A DNA stretch of 64,000 nucleotides from positions 32,001 through 96,000 of the IMG/VR virus record IMGVR_UViG_3300025168_000034, one strand, 5' to 3'. This DNA is from a virus. Positions 54,362-64,000 of this stretch are shown here, piece by piece (the stretch's first letter is position 1; the number at the start of each line of letters is the position of its first letter). The notes beneath the pieces are model-generated. The model saw nothing but the letters and a program-made list of their open reading frames with translations. It was not told the DNA's origin and did not search any database. Both the position numbers and the translations under genes were made by a program.

Positions 54362-56836
54362 TTATGCGTTATCAAATGTTGCTCCAGTTGGTAAAACATT
54401 GAAGTCAAGTACGATGAATTCTGCAGCCTTTGCTGGTTGAATGAATATCTGACCTACCATTTGGTTTCTATCTATAACGTCTGGAGTATTGTTTGTTTCA
54501 TCCATTACTACTCTGTAAGCAAATAATCCTTGTCTCGATTTTACTGTCTCTAAGTATGGAGTTACAATGTTTAAGAATCTCTGACGAGTTTCAGTTGTAT
54601 TGTTCTCGAATACTAAGAATCTTGAAGAGCTTGCAATGAATTTTTTCAATGCGATTAACAATCTTCTAACATTTACTCTATCAAGTGCACTTGGCTTAGC
54701 TTGTAGTGTTTTCTGACCCCATACACATACTCCTTGGTTAGGGAATGTTGCTATTGGATTAATTCTGTTATCATAAAGATCGTCTCTATCTGATTGTTGA
54801 AGTTTCTTTTCAATGTCTATTGCTTCACTAATTCCACCTCTATTCAATCCAGCTGGTGCAAACCACTCATATGCTACATTGTCAGAGTTAGCGTACACTC
54901 TTGGAAGTACTACTGATGGTGGAACCCACACTGGTTTGTTCTTGTCAGTGTCTAGGATCTTAACCCATGGCCAATAAACTCCAGCAAAGCTTGTGTCTAT
55001 TGATCCGTTAGCTACTGCAGAGACTGCAGCTCCTATTGTGTTTCCTTGTACTACACAATCAAGTAGTGTAAAACAATCTCCTCTATCTTCTGCTACTTCA
55101 ATCATCTTGTTAGTGATTGCTGAATGATCAGCTATAGTAGCTCCAGGTGCAACAATTAAGTTAACATCTAATTCGTCCGGATTGTTTACTGTGTTTAATG
55201 CTTTGATGTATGCTTTTGCTCCTTTTGCACTTGCAGATGAACAATCCATTCCAAATAGGTTAGTGTTTAGTATGTCTGCTCCAGTCTTCTTTTCTAATGC
55301 TGGATCGTCTCCATCAAATCCACCTTGTAATCCTACTGTGAATTTTAAGAAGTTTGAGATGTCAACTCCAGCAAATGTTGATCCTGTGATGCTTGTGTTT
55401 GCGCTAATAGATGAGTTAGCATCTACTGCTGACGCACTTGCGTGAATCAAACAATCATCAAGGTTAAAGTCGTTATTTGGTAATTGAATTGCACCATTTG
55501 TTAACGGTTTAAGTAATTGGTTTGCATCATTTGTTGAAGCAAAATTGTGACCGTAGAATGCTTTTTTGTTGTATGCTGCGTTAATCTCTGTGTCTTGAGT
55601 GATAAATGATGCAGTTGGTACTGTTACAGCGACGGTGTTGAGTTTTGCGGTTATTGGTGATACGTAAGCATCATATCCAAATGGCTTAACATTTGCTGTA
55701 ATAGCTTTGTTTTTAACATCATCAACTGGGTTTATGTAAACATATTGTGATATGTTATCGTAATCTCCATTTATGGTTACAAGTCCAGCATCCGATACTG
55801 ATTTATACTTATCTCCAATTCTTCGAGAAATAAAGTTTGGAGAATCTGGATCCAAGTTTAGATTAGCAAACGATTCCAATACTGATGGTCGTTTATCTGT
55901 ATCACCGAACTCTCTTACTAATAGTGTAAATGAACCGTAATCACTTGCTGGATTACCTCCAGGTAGTAGTGTGTTTATAATACTAACTTTTATAGAAGTG
56001 TTAGTGTCAGTTCCGTCTGCTATAGTTTTTACTTTGAAAAGATCCAACTTAGCTCCACCAATTGTTTGTGATGTAATGTATGGTGTACATGCTGGTTGTG
56101 GATCTCCTGCATCGGAGCTCGAATAATCTACTAAAGTGTCTATTGATGCAGTTGCAAAATATATTGCAGAACCAGTTGCGCCAGTTGAGGTTGCAGAAGC
56201 TGCATTAGCAACAGTTGTTGTGAATTGACTAACATCAGCTTTTAAGAAGTTATCAAAGTATTGAAATGTGTATGCTTTTTTAGCTCCTTGAGGAGACTCT
56301 CCAAGTACATTTTTAAGGCTACTTACATTGCTTGGGTTAGCAGATGCTGTGTATCCACCACTGATAAAGTCGATTCCAGATCCAGACAACATGAAGTTGA
56401 AAGAAGATGTAAGACTAACTGCTTGATCAGCTGTTGTTGGGAAGCTAGAAAGTGTGTAATCGTGGCCGGTTGATGCTCCGTCTGTTGTGTTTTTTGTTGG
56501 TAATAAAGTTCCTACTACTCTCAAACCCCAAGATCCGGATGCAAGAATATGCAGACCATTTGCACCATATCCACCTTCCTGCATTACTCTAACGACAGTG
56601 ACAGTCGAAGCTGCATTTAAGTAGCTCTTAACTGCATAAGGTACATAAGTGCTCTCACTTAATCCTCCAAACTTAGCAATAAATTCATCAAAATTTTCTA
56701 CAATTGTAGGTACAAAGGCTGGGCCTTTTCTCGTAGGTCCTACAATAGCTGCTCCAATGGCAGCGATACCTGCGGGTAAAAAGGAAAGATCCTTTTCGTT
56801 TGTAAATACTCCTGGGCTAACAATTTTCTCGGCCAT
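54362..56836 (-). CDS. Tail sheath protein (gp18-like)
   Basis: SPGVFTNEKDLS, YWPW, VPPS, WFAPAGLNRG, WGQKTLQ...SALDRVNVRRLL, AEFIVLDF. Confidence 0.96.
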   Translation of the reverse strand: MAEKIVSPGVFTNEKDLSFLPAGIAAIGAAIVGPTRKGPAFVPTIVENFDEFIAKFGGLSESTYVPYAVKSYLNAASTVTVVRVMQEGGYGANGLHILASGSWGLRVVGTLLPTKNTTDGASTGHDYTLSSFPTTADQAVSLTSSFNFMLSGSGIDFISGGYTASANPSNVSSLKNVLGESPQGAKKAYTFQYFDNFLKADVSQFTTTVANAASATSTGATGSAIYFATASIDTLVDYSSSDAGDPQPACTPYITSQTIGGAKLDLFKVKTIADGTDTNTSIKVSIINTLLPGGNPASDYGSFTLLVREFGDTDKRPSVLESFANLNLDPDSPNFISRRIGDKYKSVSDAGLVTINGDYDNISQYVYINPVDDVKNKAITANVKPFGYDAYVSPITAKLNTVAVTVPTASFITQDTEINAAYNKKAFYGHNFASTNDANQLLKPLTNGAIQLPNNDFNLDDCLIHASASAVDANSSISANTSITGSTFAGVDISNFLKFTVGLQGGFDGDDPALEKKTGADILNTNLFGMDCSSASAKGAKAYIKALNTVNNPDELDVNLIVAPGATIADHSAITNKMIEVAEDRGDCFTLLDCVVQGNTIGAAVSAVANGSIDTSFAGVYWPWVKILDTDKNKPVWVPPSVVLPRVYANSDNVAYEWFAPAGLNRGGISEAIDIEKKLQQSDRDDLYDNRINPIATFPNQGVCVWGQKTLQAKPSALDRVNVRRLLIALKKFIASSSRFLVFENNTTETRQRFLNIVTPYLETVKSRQGLFAYRVVMDETNNTPDVIDRNQMVGQIFIQPAKAAEFIVLDFNVLPTGATFDNA

Positions 56837-56909
56837 AGTGATATTATATTATAATTTTCTTGTTATTAATAAATATGTCAACTATAACCCAGAACCTAGT
56901 TTTTAGATG

Positions 56910-57170
56910 TTAATTTGGTGTAAATTCACCAGTAGTCATATCTAAAGAACCTACTCCATATTTTTCATTCAAATCATCAGCCAATTTCTTTTCTCTCTTA
57001 TTAATCTCTTGAATACCATTGGTGAGTGTTTCTTCTTGTTCGTTTAGCTTTTTTAAATACTCTTCGCTAGAGTTTTTTGCTAGCTTTAATTGAACAAACT
57101 GAACGCCTACTTGTGTGTATTCTTCTTGAATGGTCTTGATGCTTTGCATCTCTTCATCTGTAATCTTCAT
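56910..57170 (-). CDS. Small coiled-coil late protein
   Basis: L.EKYG.GSLD..TGEF; late motif at 57186-57193. Confidence 0.7.
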   Translation of the reverse strand: MKITDEEMQSIKTIQEEYTQVGVQFVQLKLAKNSSEEYLKKLNEQEETLTNGIQEINKREKKLADDLNEKYGVGSLDMTTGEFTPN

Positions 57171-57211
57171 AACATTTTCCTTTATTATAAATATGTTGAT
57201 TTTTTTGAAAG

Positions 57212-58663
57212 TTACAATTCTATAAGAGTTGTGTCATTAGGATTGATAAGAATATTACCTTTGTTGGTGGTGTATATTTTTTTAGATGTTCCACCGCCAC
57301 TTGTAGCAGGCACTGTTACAGAAGTAGAAGTAACAAAACTACTAGTTGTTAGGTGGTGTTGATTTTTAGACTGAATTTTGTAATTATAAGTACCATCTGG
57401 TAATTCTAGATCTGCAAATACCGTTGGAACGAAACTACCAAAAGAAGCAGTATTTGCAGCAGATGGTGAAGAGCCAGATAGAGTTGCTATGTGAGTATAA
57501 CCACTTCCATCATCACGTTGTATATTATACATGATATCTTCGAGCCTATTATCTGATCCTGAGTTTTGAGCCCATGATAGAAATACGTTATTGGTTACAG
57601 CTGAAGCAGTAACGGCAGTAGGTAAGGGAGGTGTATCAACTGAAACTAATTCATACATCCAGGCATGATAACTTAACAAGTTTACAGTGTTCCCATCTCC
57701 CTCTTCATTTAATACTATTCTTAAATATTGTGTTTTTATTGGAGTACAAAAATCTAAAGTATAATAAGTATGAGACACATGTTGCTGTGTATTCTCATGA
57801 TCTACTGAAGCAACTAATGTCCAGTCATTGTAATTTCCGGTATCAGATTTCCATACTTGAAATGATCCTGGGTAGTAGGTAGCGTTACTGTATCCGGACA
57901 TTAGCATAGATCTGAATAATTTTGGTCCATCACCAAAACTTAAATCTAAACTACCAATATCAGCATTTGCATACCAACCATAATTTTCTCTTTGAGGAGA
58001 AGTTAATTTAGTTAAACTGGTGTTACTTCCTCCCTCAAAACTTCCGGTGACATTTGTTGTGCTTGGATCTAATAGATTAACATTCTTTATGTATTGGGAA
58101 GAATCCCATGCTGCGAACCCTGCTAATCCTCTATATCCACTCCCTGCAGATCCAGTTACAATTAAAAGTCTATAGTATCTGTAATAATCGTTATTTACAC
58201 ATGTCGCATCAGTGTCGTGTTGAATATTACTACCTTTATCTAGTGCAACTAATCCTGTCCAATTAGTAGCATCGTTTGAGGCACTAATTTGATATCCTGT
58301 ACCACAGAAATTATTATTTGATGCATCGGTAAATATAAAACTATCTAAACTAGCTGTATAACCTATCCCATTGTCAAGATCAAAATTAAGACCAATTGGA
58401 TCACCTACAGGGTTTGTATCTCCTAAATAAGCTTGTCCGGTGGTGGCATTCCATCTATAATGATTATCAAAAAACCCTAAGTCTTTAGCGTATTGTTTGC
58501 CGTTTAAAGTGCTTGAACCTTTTCTGACCCATTCAGGTCCATAATTAGCAGTACTACTGAATTGAGGACCGGTTGCTGTAACCGAAGATGAATATATTGC
58601 ATTTACCTGTTCATGTAAAGGCCAATGTGGAGTAGATTCATGTTTGAATAATGCTATAGACAT
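57212..58663 (-). CDS. Virion protein with tandem discoidin (F5/8C)-like domains and an FN3-like domain
   Basis: ISASND..NWT...YRYYRL; VWKSD....WTLV...TQYLRI; LSW...YNIQR...F.D..L..GTYNYKI. Confidence 0.6.
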   Translation of the reverse strand: MSIALFKHESTPHWPLHEQVNAIYSSSVTATGPQFSSTANYGPEWVRKGSSTLNGKQYAKDLGFFDNHYRWNATTGQAYLGDTNPVGDPIGLNFDLDNGIGYTASLDSFIFTDASNNNFCGTGYQISASNDATNWTGLVALDKGSNIQHDTDATCVNNDYYRYYRLLIVTGSAGSGYRGLAGFAAWDSSQYIKNVNLLDPSTTNVTGSFEGGSNTSLTKLTSPQRENYGWYANADIGSLDLSFGDGPKLFRSMLMSGYSNATYYPGSFQVWKSDTGNYNDWTLVASVDHENTQQHVSHTYYTLDFCTPIKTQYLRIVLNEEGDGNTVNLLSYHAWMYELVSVDTPPLPTAVTASAVTNNVFLSWAQNSGSDNRLEDIMYNIQRDDGSGYTHIATLSGSSPSAANTASFGSFVPTVFADLELPDGTYNYKIQSKNQHHLTTSSFVTSTSVTVPATSGGGTSKKIYTTNKGNILINPNDTTLIEL

Positions 58664-58666
58664 ATG

Positions 58667-59926
58667 TTAACTTTGTGTTATTTGCGATATTACGCTTGCA
58701 CTATAAGTGAGCGTGTATAGTTTGTTTATTCCATCTGATCCAGTAACTGACACACTTATTGGATTGCCGTCTTCAAAATTAGATGCTGAGTATATTATAT
58801 TGGTTATTTGTTGTGTTGCACCAAAGCTTTGAGTTACTTGTGTAACACTACTACCGCTATAAACCATACTTGCTGTTGTGTAAAGAATACGCGTTGTTCC
58901 AGCAGTTTCTAATCCTGATGATTGTACTACTCCGCTTGTGCTTATGTTACCCGATGCTGATATATGGTAATCTGTTACTATCGATCCTGATTCGTGTTGT
59001 ATTGTAAAATGGTCTTCCGCACTAGAATTATAGAATGTAACAAACTTATCTGCAGATACTTTTACGAAGTTATCTCCATCAATAGCAATTTGGTTATCAA
59101 CTCCTGAGATAAATTGATCTGACCCGTCCTGCGAACTATCAAAAGATATTTTGCCGGCGCCTGCTAGGAACACATTTTCAGCTAATATATTACCACTTGC
59201 ACTTATATTACCTGAGGCTGTTATATGTCCTACAAAATTTGAGTCACCAGTTTGATTAAATGGTCCTATATTTGTTAATGTGTTACTACCAGATATTGTT
59301 AAAGATCCAGTTATTGTAGTGCTGCCTGATACCGTTAGTGATCCAGTTATAGATTGATTGCCGCTAAAATTATTAGATCCAGATGTTGCAAATGATCCAG
59401 TTTGAGAATTTGTTGCAAATGATCCAGTTTGAGAATTATTTACAAATGATCCGGTTTGATTACTTGTAGTTACACCACTTCCATTAACCACAATACTACC
59501 TGATATAAATAAACTACCAGTATTGGTAAACGATCCAGTATTGTTAAAAGGACCGGTATTGCTAAAAGAACCGGTATTGTTAAATGATCCTGAATATTGT
59601 ATTGAAGATGTAGGGTTTGAAAAAGTAAAGGTTTCACCAAACTTTACAACTGTAGGTGCAGGCCCACTAACAGTTAATGCTGATGCTGATATGCTTGGAT
59701 TGCCAAATAAATTTGCAGCAATAGATGCTGTTTGTGCATATGATGAAGAAATCTCGTGTGTAATTTCGTGAGATGCTGATACTGCAAACGAAGCTGTTTG
59801 GGCATAGGATGCAGATGTTGCTGTACCAGTTATTGTTCCGGTAATGTTACCAGCAAACGATCCACTAAACGATCCGCTTAGACTATATGATCCTGTTGCT
59901 AATTGTCCTGGATTAATTATTGGCAT
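58667..59926 (-). CDS. Fibre-like virion protein rich in SGS/TGS/TAS repeats
   Basis: Low-complexity G/S/T repeats; lies in the neck-tail operon. Confidence 0.6.
   Translation of the reverse strand: MPIINPGQLATGSYSLSGSFSGSFAGNITGTITGTATSASYAQTASFAVSASHEITHEISSSYAQTASIAANLFGNPSISASALTVSGPAPTVVKFGETFTFSNPTSSIQYSGSFNNTGSFSNTGPFNNTGSFTNTGSLFISGSIVVNGSGVTTSNQTGSFVNNSQTGSFATNSQTGSFATSGSNNFSGNQSITGSLTVSGSTTITGSLTISGSNTLTNIGPFNQTGDSNFVGHITASGNISASGNILAENVFLAGAGKISFDSSQDGSDQFISGVDNQIAIDGDNFVKVSADKFVTFYNSSAEDHFTIQHESGSIVTDYHISASGNISTSGVVQSSGLETAGTTRILYTTASMVYSGSSVTQVTQSFGATQQITNIIYSASNFEDGNPISVSVTGSDGINKLYTLTYSASVISQITQS
59384..59464. repeat. 27-bp tandem repeat x3 (NSQTGSFAT-type)
   Basis: tgttgcaaatgatccagtttgagaatt twice exactly, plus one degenerate copy; hexapeptide G(S/P)F(N/S/T)NT repeats nearby at about 59515-59592. 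Confidence 0.85.
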
Positions 59927-59928
59927 AT

Positions 59929-61131
59929 CTACGTGTTAAACTTTCCGGTTCCTACTACTTCATCAGTTGCAGCTATTGTGAATCCTAATTCAGAAGTGTT
60001 GAAGGTAACAGTACATGTGTTGTTTCCATTATCAACAAAGTTTGATATTGCTGCTGGTTCACAGTTTACGCCATTAACAAAGAATATAAAGTCGTTTTTG
60101 CTAGTTGCAGGTAATCCGCTTGGAGCTGTCAAGAAGCTACCTGGGAATGTTGCTGTATCTGAAGTTTGGCTTGTAGCAAGTACACTTACGTTGGTTCCTA
60201 AGAATGCTAATGTTGCTGCTGGGATTTCGGTACTTATTGGTACTGGAGAAGACTCTGTCTGTACGCTGTCTGTTGTATCAATACTTGCTCCAACTCCTTC
60301 AGATTGTATTTCTGTAAATATAGAGCTATCTGCATCTACAGTAAGTTCTGTGTTGAGTTGTTGTACTGATCTAGTTTTGTCAGAAAGTTTTTTGCTTAGG
60401 TGTTTTACTAAAACATCCGGTACAATATATCCAAACAACGTTAATGAAAATGACGTTCTAATAACCCTATCTGCATCAGCCATCTGATCAGTAGTGTTTT
60501 GAAAATCGTCTATCTTTGTTCTAAACTTAAATCGTTCTGGTTCTCCCCAGTATGCACCTTCTGAATAGATTACAGATTCAACGATGCTGTTCATATGTTC
60601 TATAAAATCTGACCAAATTACTATTTCGTATGTTAAATCTACGTATTCGGGAATTACAGTGTTGACAAAACTTCGTGCTGGTTTAAGGTTTGTGAGTGTG
60701 CTAAATTGATCGTATCTGTTTCTAGAATTATACTTTACTTCTTGAGCTTTGTATAGCTGTGGAAAGTTAGCATCTATCTTGTTTCCAAGATTTCTATTTT
60801 TTACAATGTTTGTTCTTCTGTATGAAATAATAGGTTTTAGTATCTTTCCTCCAACATCTCTGAGATATCCATCTTCTTGTATTTGCTTCCACTTTTCTCC
60901 GCCACCGTAGACGACTGGTACTTCTGCCACTCGTCCAAAATCATCTACACGAGGCTTAATGGTGTTATCAAAGTACCACTTTATACAATAATCTAAATCA
61001 TACAAGCCTATCTGAAGATCCTTAATCTTATCATCATCTCTACGTGTATCGTTAGAGCGTCCAAATGCTTTATTCTCAACGCCTTTAGATAATTCGTATT
61101 GTGATGTAGGTAGGTTTTTTTTTGTATACAT
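59929..61131 (-). CDS. Tail terminator / sheath stabiliser (gp15-like) with a C-terminal beta domain
   Basis: VPVVYG..EKW...Q.DGYLRD..GK...P, P.YVDL.YE...W; follows the neck genes. Confidence 0.6.
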   Translation of the reverse strand: MYTKKNLPTSQYELSKGVENKAFGRSNDTRRDDDKIKDLQIGLYDLDYCIKWYFDNTIKPRVDDFGRVAEVPVVYGGGEKWKQIQEDGYLRDVGGKILKPIISYRRTNIVKNRNLGNKIDANFPQLYKAQEVKYNSRNRYDQFSTLTNLKPARSFVNTVIPEYVDLTYEIVIWSDFIEHMNSIVESVIYSEGAYWGEPERFKFRTKIDDFQNTTDQMADADRVIRTSFSLTLFGYIVPDVLVKHLSKKLSDKTRSVQQLNTELTVDADSSIFTEIQSEGVGASIDTTDSVQTESSPVPISTEIPAATLAFLGTNVSVLATSQTSDTATFPGSFLTAPSGLPATSKNDFIFFVNGVNCEPAAISNFVDNGNNTCTVTFNTSELGFTIAATDEVVGTGKFNT

Positions 61132-61634
61132 TATAATCTTGCTTTAGCGATTTGTAATCTTTGTTGGTTTGTTTGGTGTGTAACAGCTAAGATTGAAATA
61201 CTTCTACCAAAATCGGTGCCAACACTCTTTGGATGGTTTTTATCTTTACCTAAAATAAACTGACCTTCGTTGATATCATCCACTTCAAAGTATTTGTTTC
61301 TGTATTCTATAATATCACCTAACTCCATTACTAGGTTCATAGGCGTTAAATCATCTCGCAAGAATGCAAAAGTTACTGGTCTGTTAAAATCCAAAAACTG
61401 GTCATCTTGTATTGGGCTATCTGGTTCATATGTTACTAAGCTGTTTAGTCTAACTGGACGATGCCATGTTTTTTGAGCTGAAGCTTCTCCATACAAGTTA
61501 GCAGTGTCTTTGGACTTTGTGTCAGGTAGGTATGGTTTATAGAAATCTACTTGCTGCTCAATTACGTCGTTGAGTAGTTCTCGGTTAATTCCGACTAACA
61601 TATCGATATCTCTCTGTCTTCCAAATAAAGCCAT
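61131..61634 (-). CDS. Head closure / neck protein (gp14-like)
   Basis: NLYGEA..K.W, F.FLRDDL, GDII.Y...YFEVD. Confidence 0.6.
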   Translation of the reverse strand: MALFGRQRDIDMLVGINRELLNDVIEQQVDFYKPYLPDTKSKDTANLYGEASAQKTWHRPVRLNSLVTYEPDSPIQDDQFLDFNRPVTFAFLRDDLTPMNLVMELGDIIEYRNKYFEVDDINEGQFILGKDKNHPKSVGTDFGRSISILAVTHQTNQQRLQIAKARL

Positions 61635-61635
61635 A

Positions 61636-62817
61636 TTATTTTATGTAAATGTGATTTGGAACCTTTGCCAATGTAGTTGACATTGCTGTAGCAATTGTTG
61701 CTTCTGCTTGCATCGAAGTCTCACGACCCATTGCTAATAGTATTTCTTTTAAATCTGTTATAAGTTGTGTTTTTCTTTCCGTTCCTTGTGATATTAAATC
61801 AGCTCCATTAAGTGTTGTTTCAGATCCTGGAATTGGTACAGTTGTATATTTTCCTCTAACCAATCCCAAAGTAGTCAAAGAAGAGCCTAAAGTATACTCA
61901 TATATCCATTGAACCCCTACATCTCTTATATCGCCAAATCGTATTCGATTGTAAGGTACATTTGCTAGATCACTAACCGACCCTGTAGGCTCTTTTAGCG
62001 GATTGTTTCTATCTTCAACTAAGACATAATCAAAAAACAATGTATATGTTGATTCTGGAATTGGGAATATTTTAAGTTTGTTGTTTTGTATTTCAAATGA
62101 ATATCCGGATTTTCTAATTTGATCATTCATCTCAATTGCTTGCATTCGCAATAAATCGGCATATATAGGCATCACTAAAAAAGATACAGCTGGTGAGTAT
62201 GACCCCCAACCAAAGCCATCTAACATAGTTTGCGATCCAGCTCCGGTATCAGTTTGTGGATCAAAGTATCTTGTGATTGCTGGAGGTGGATTATGAAAGA
62301 CTCTCTTGATTTCTATTTTTTTTCCAGACTCACTCACATCTGCATACAGTGCATTTAGATCATAACTCTGTGATGCTGCTGTAACCTCTATATGTCCACG
62401 CTTCCAATCTACATCACCACCTGATCCAATCTCTGAACCATAAGTTTTAGCCATTGCAATTGTACGTCCGAGGTTAGGTGTTACAGTTCTGCTGCTAGCA
62501 TTAGATGCTGTTGATGTGCCTTGTAGAGTTAGTATGTAATCTTTAGCATTATACATATTAACCATTGAGCTAAACTTTGTTATAGATTCTTCAAAGGCTG
62601 CAAAGAAGTTAAGGTCTTGAAGTTCAACATCCATAATAGGATATCCAAGACTCTTAGCACAGTAATCTGCTACACCATCTGCTTGTGTTTTAAATGTTGG
62701 ATCGTTATCGTAGAAACCAAAGGGAGTTGGTTTTGGTCCTACTGATGGACTGTCATAATAAGATGCTGAGACTGTTGTAAACGAGCTCGATCCGGGCCAT
62801 ATTGGTACACTACTCAT
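61636..62817 (-). CDS. Neck / head-tail adaptor protein (gp13-like)
   Basis: LGYP..DVEL, WIYEYTL......LG.VRGKY..VPIPG....LNG; late motif at 62836-62843. Confidence 0.7.
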   Translation of the reverse strand: MSSVPIWPGSSSFTTVSASYYDSPSVGPKPTPFGFYDNDPTFKTQADGVADYCAKSLGYPIMDVELQDLNFFAAFEESITKFSSMVNMYNAKDYILTLQGTSTASNASSRTVTPNLGRTIAMAKTYGSEIGSGGDVDWKRGHIEVTAASQSYDLNALYADVSESGKKIEIKRVFHNPPPAITRYFDPQTDTGAGSQTMLDGFGWGSYSPAVSFLVMPIYADLLRMQAIEMNDQIRKSGYSFEIQNNKLKIFPIPESTYTLFFDYVLVEDRNNPLKEPTGSVSDLANVPYNRIRFGDIRDVGVQWIYEYTLGSSLTTLGLVRGKYTTVPIPGSETTLNGADLISQGTERKTQLITDLKEILLAMGRETSMQAEATIATAMSTTLAKVPNHIYIK

Positions 62818-62867
62818 AAGTTACTAGCTTTTACCTATAAATAGTTACGAATTTGGTTTGAGGTATG

Positions 62868-63566
62868 TTAACTGCGGAAGTTTTTATAGACGTCAATAAT
62901 CGAGTCTACAATTCCATGTCTATGGCTTTTTAGTAGTTGTATCACATTAAAGCTTTTAATATTAACAAGGTGTTTACACATAAAGTCAAATCCTGAGGTT
63001 TTCTTTTCTCGAAGATCAATTTGAGCATTATCTCCACAAAAGATCACTTTACTTCCTGAGCATATTCTCGTTAGTATTAACTCAGTTTGTGTGTCTGTAA
63101 GGTTTTGTGATTCATCTGCAACTACTAAGCAATTAGTAAAATTACGACCTCGCATAAAGTTTACTGGAAGTATTTCAATCTTTCCATCTTCTACACACTT
63201 TTCGATTGCTTCTTTTTTATACAGTCTATACATGTTTTCGTAAACTGGTGCTGTAAAGGGTGCTAATTTTTGATTGATGTCTCCTGGAAGAAATCCTATA
63301 TCAGGACCTGCGCCTACGGGTGGTCTTGTTATAATGACCTTCTCTACTTCTTTTCTAAACAAAAGATCTAAAGCTACGTTGGCAGCTAATAACGACTTTC
63401 CAGATCCTGCTCTACCTTTAAGTACAGTCACGGTGTTGTTAAAAATGCTATCCTTAGCTAGTTTTTGCTCTTCGTTTAGTTGGATGTTGAACTTGATTGG
63501 GTTCTTTGGTTTACGCTTTGCTTTAAAAGTCTCTTGTGCTTCGTTTGTGCGATTATAATCTGTCAT
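62868..63566 (-). CDS. phoH: PhoH-like ATPase
   Basis: GRAGSGKS, ITRP, GFLPGD, FMRGRNF, DESQN, GD.AQ.D, HRH. Confidence 0.93.
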   Translation of the reverse strand: MTDYNRTNEAQETFKAKRKPKNPIKFNIQLNEEQKLAKDSIFNNTVTVLKGRAGSGKSLLAANVALDLLFRKEVEKVIITRPPVGAGPDIGFLPGDINQKLAPFTAPVYENMYRLYKKEAIEKCVEDGKIEILPVNFMRGRNFTNCLVVADESQNLTDTQTELILTRICSGSKVIFCGDNAQIDLREKKTSGFDFMCKHLVNIKSFNVIQLLKSHRHGIVDSIIDVYKNFRS

Positions 63567-63606
63567 GGTGTAACATTGTTGTTTTATATAAATAGTTGTG
63601 GGATAT

Positions 63607-63630
63607 AAAAAAACCCTCCGAAGAGGGTTA
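63607..63630 (-). terminator. Rho-independent terminator with a UUCG tetraloop
   Basis: AACCCTC-TTCG-GAGGGTT-TTTTT. Confidence 0.9.
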
Positions 63631-63649
63631 TCTTATAAAGAATGGGTGT

Positions 63650-63976
63650 TTACTTCATTTCGATCATTTGTAATGGAACATTCCAACCTTGATCAAATCG
63701 ACCAGCTCCTTCTGCTTTTACAACTCCACGAGTCTTGTTGATCTTGGTTAAGATAAGATCGTGTCTGTAGCTTAGTTTTGGATGGTTAACATTACACGGA
63801 GAGCCTTCTACTAACTCTTGTTTAACTTCTGCAATTTTAGATGCTTTTCGAGTTTTTAAGATTCCAACAACATACTTGTTGATTCTCCTCAATTCTTCTG
63901 ACGACATTGCTTGTAATGCCTTTCTTGTTTCGTAGTCGTTAATGTCGACTGTTTTGTTACTGATATTCTTGTTCAT
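63650..63976 (-). CDS. Hypothetical (probably early) protein with an SH3-like C-terminus
   Basis: KINKTRGVV...WNVP; its 5' leader (TAACAAATAATCACAA) matches the leader of the early gene starting at 22628. Confidence 0.65.
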   Translation of the reverse strand: MNKNISNKTVDINDYETRKALQAMSSEELRRINKYVVGILKTRKASKIAEVKQELVEGSPCNVNHPKLSYRHDLILTKINKTRGVVKAEGAGRFDQGWNVPLQMIEMK

Positions 63977-64000
63977 ATTGTGATTATTTGTTATTAATTA

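Noticed and set aside
59384-59592. Tandem repeats as a CRISPR array or DGR template
   Set aside because: They are in-frame coding repeats without spacers, and no reverse transcriptase is present.
1856-63558. All + strand ORFs in the track (e.g. 49712..50536, 59903..60487)
   Set aside because: They are antisense shadows of well-supported minus-strand genes, with no recognisable motifs or promoters.
1-64000. tRNA/rRNA genes, introns or inteins, and stop-codon reassignment
   Set aside because: No cloverleaf-like intergenic sequence was seen by eye; polA, nrdJ, helicase and recA are uninterrupted and of normal length; TAA, TAG and TGA all end genes under the standard code. A tRNA scan was not run.

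Overview
The window is a 64-kb segment of a large, AT-rich, lytic myovirus (contractile-tailed jumbo-type phage) genome. Every credible gene lies on the minus strand, and the + strand ORFs in the track are antisense shadows. The host is probably Bacteroidota: there are no Shine-Dalgarno motifs, the start contexts are A-rich, one signal peptide is followed by Gln, and one lipoprotein starts C-K-K. In the direction of transcription (right to left) the modules are: (1) PhoH, neck, fibre-like, tail sheath/tube, tail chaperone with a probable frameshift, tape measure and baseplate genes (44.1-63.6 kb); (2) a replication block with a short atypical PolA-like protein, gp32-like SSB, RecA, 5'-3' exonuclease, DnaB-like helicase and class II RNR (35.6-44.1 kb); (3) a late operon of probable internal-head proteins built from duplicated cassettes and ending in a PD-(D/E)xK-like protein (31.0-35.3 kb); (4) a 7-deazaguanine DNA-modification locus with queD, queE, a dUTPase-fold gene and a tightly coupled dpdL-like/kinase/folE/dpdA-like operon, with no queC in the window (25.4-30.3 kb); (5) early genes, a full-length PolA, an outer-membrane protein/lipoprotein pair, Hsp20-GroES-GroEL, nucleases and an M15 endolysin (11.7-25.2 kb); (6) a large glycan-biosynthesis island with GT4, GT2, GT10 and GT29-like domains, a ColD-like 3-dehydratase and a CMP-nonulosonate synthetase-cupin fusion, running off the left edge (1-11.6 kb). 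Three promoter classes can be read directly from the DNA, and many sit at a fixed distance from the ATG, which suggests leaderless mRNAs. The best candidate for an undescribed system is the deazaguanine operon with an embedded nucleotide kinase, possibly a pre-replicative route to a 7-deaza-dG genome, together with a neighbouring virion-packaged nuclease-like protein. All function calls come from motif recognition by eye; no searches were run.
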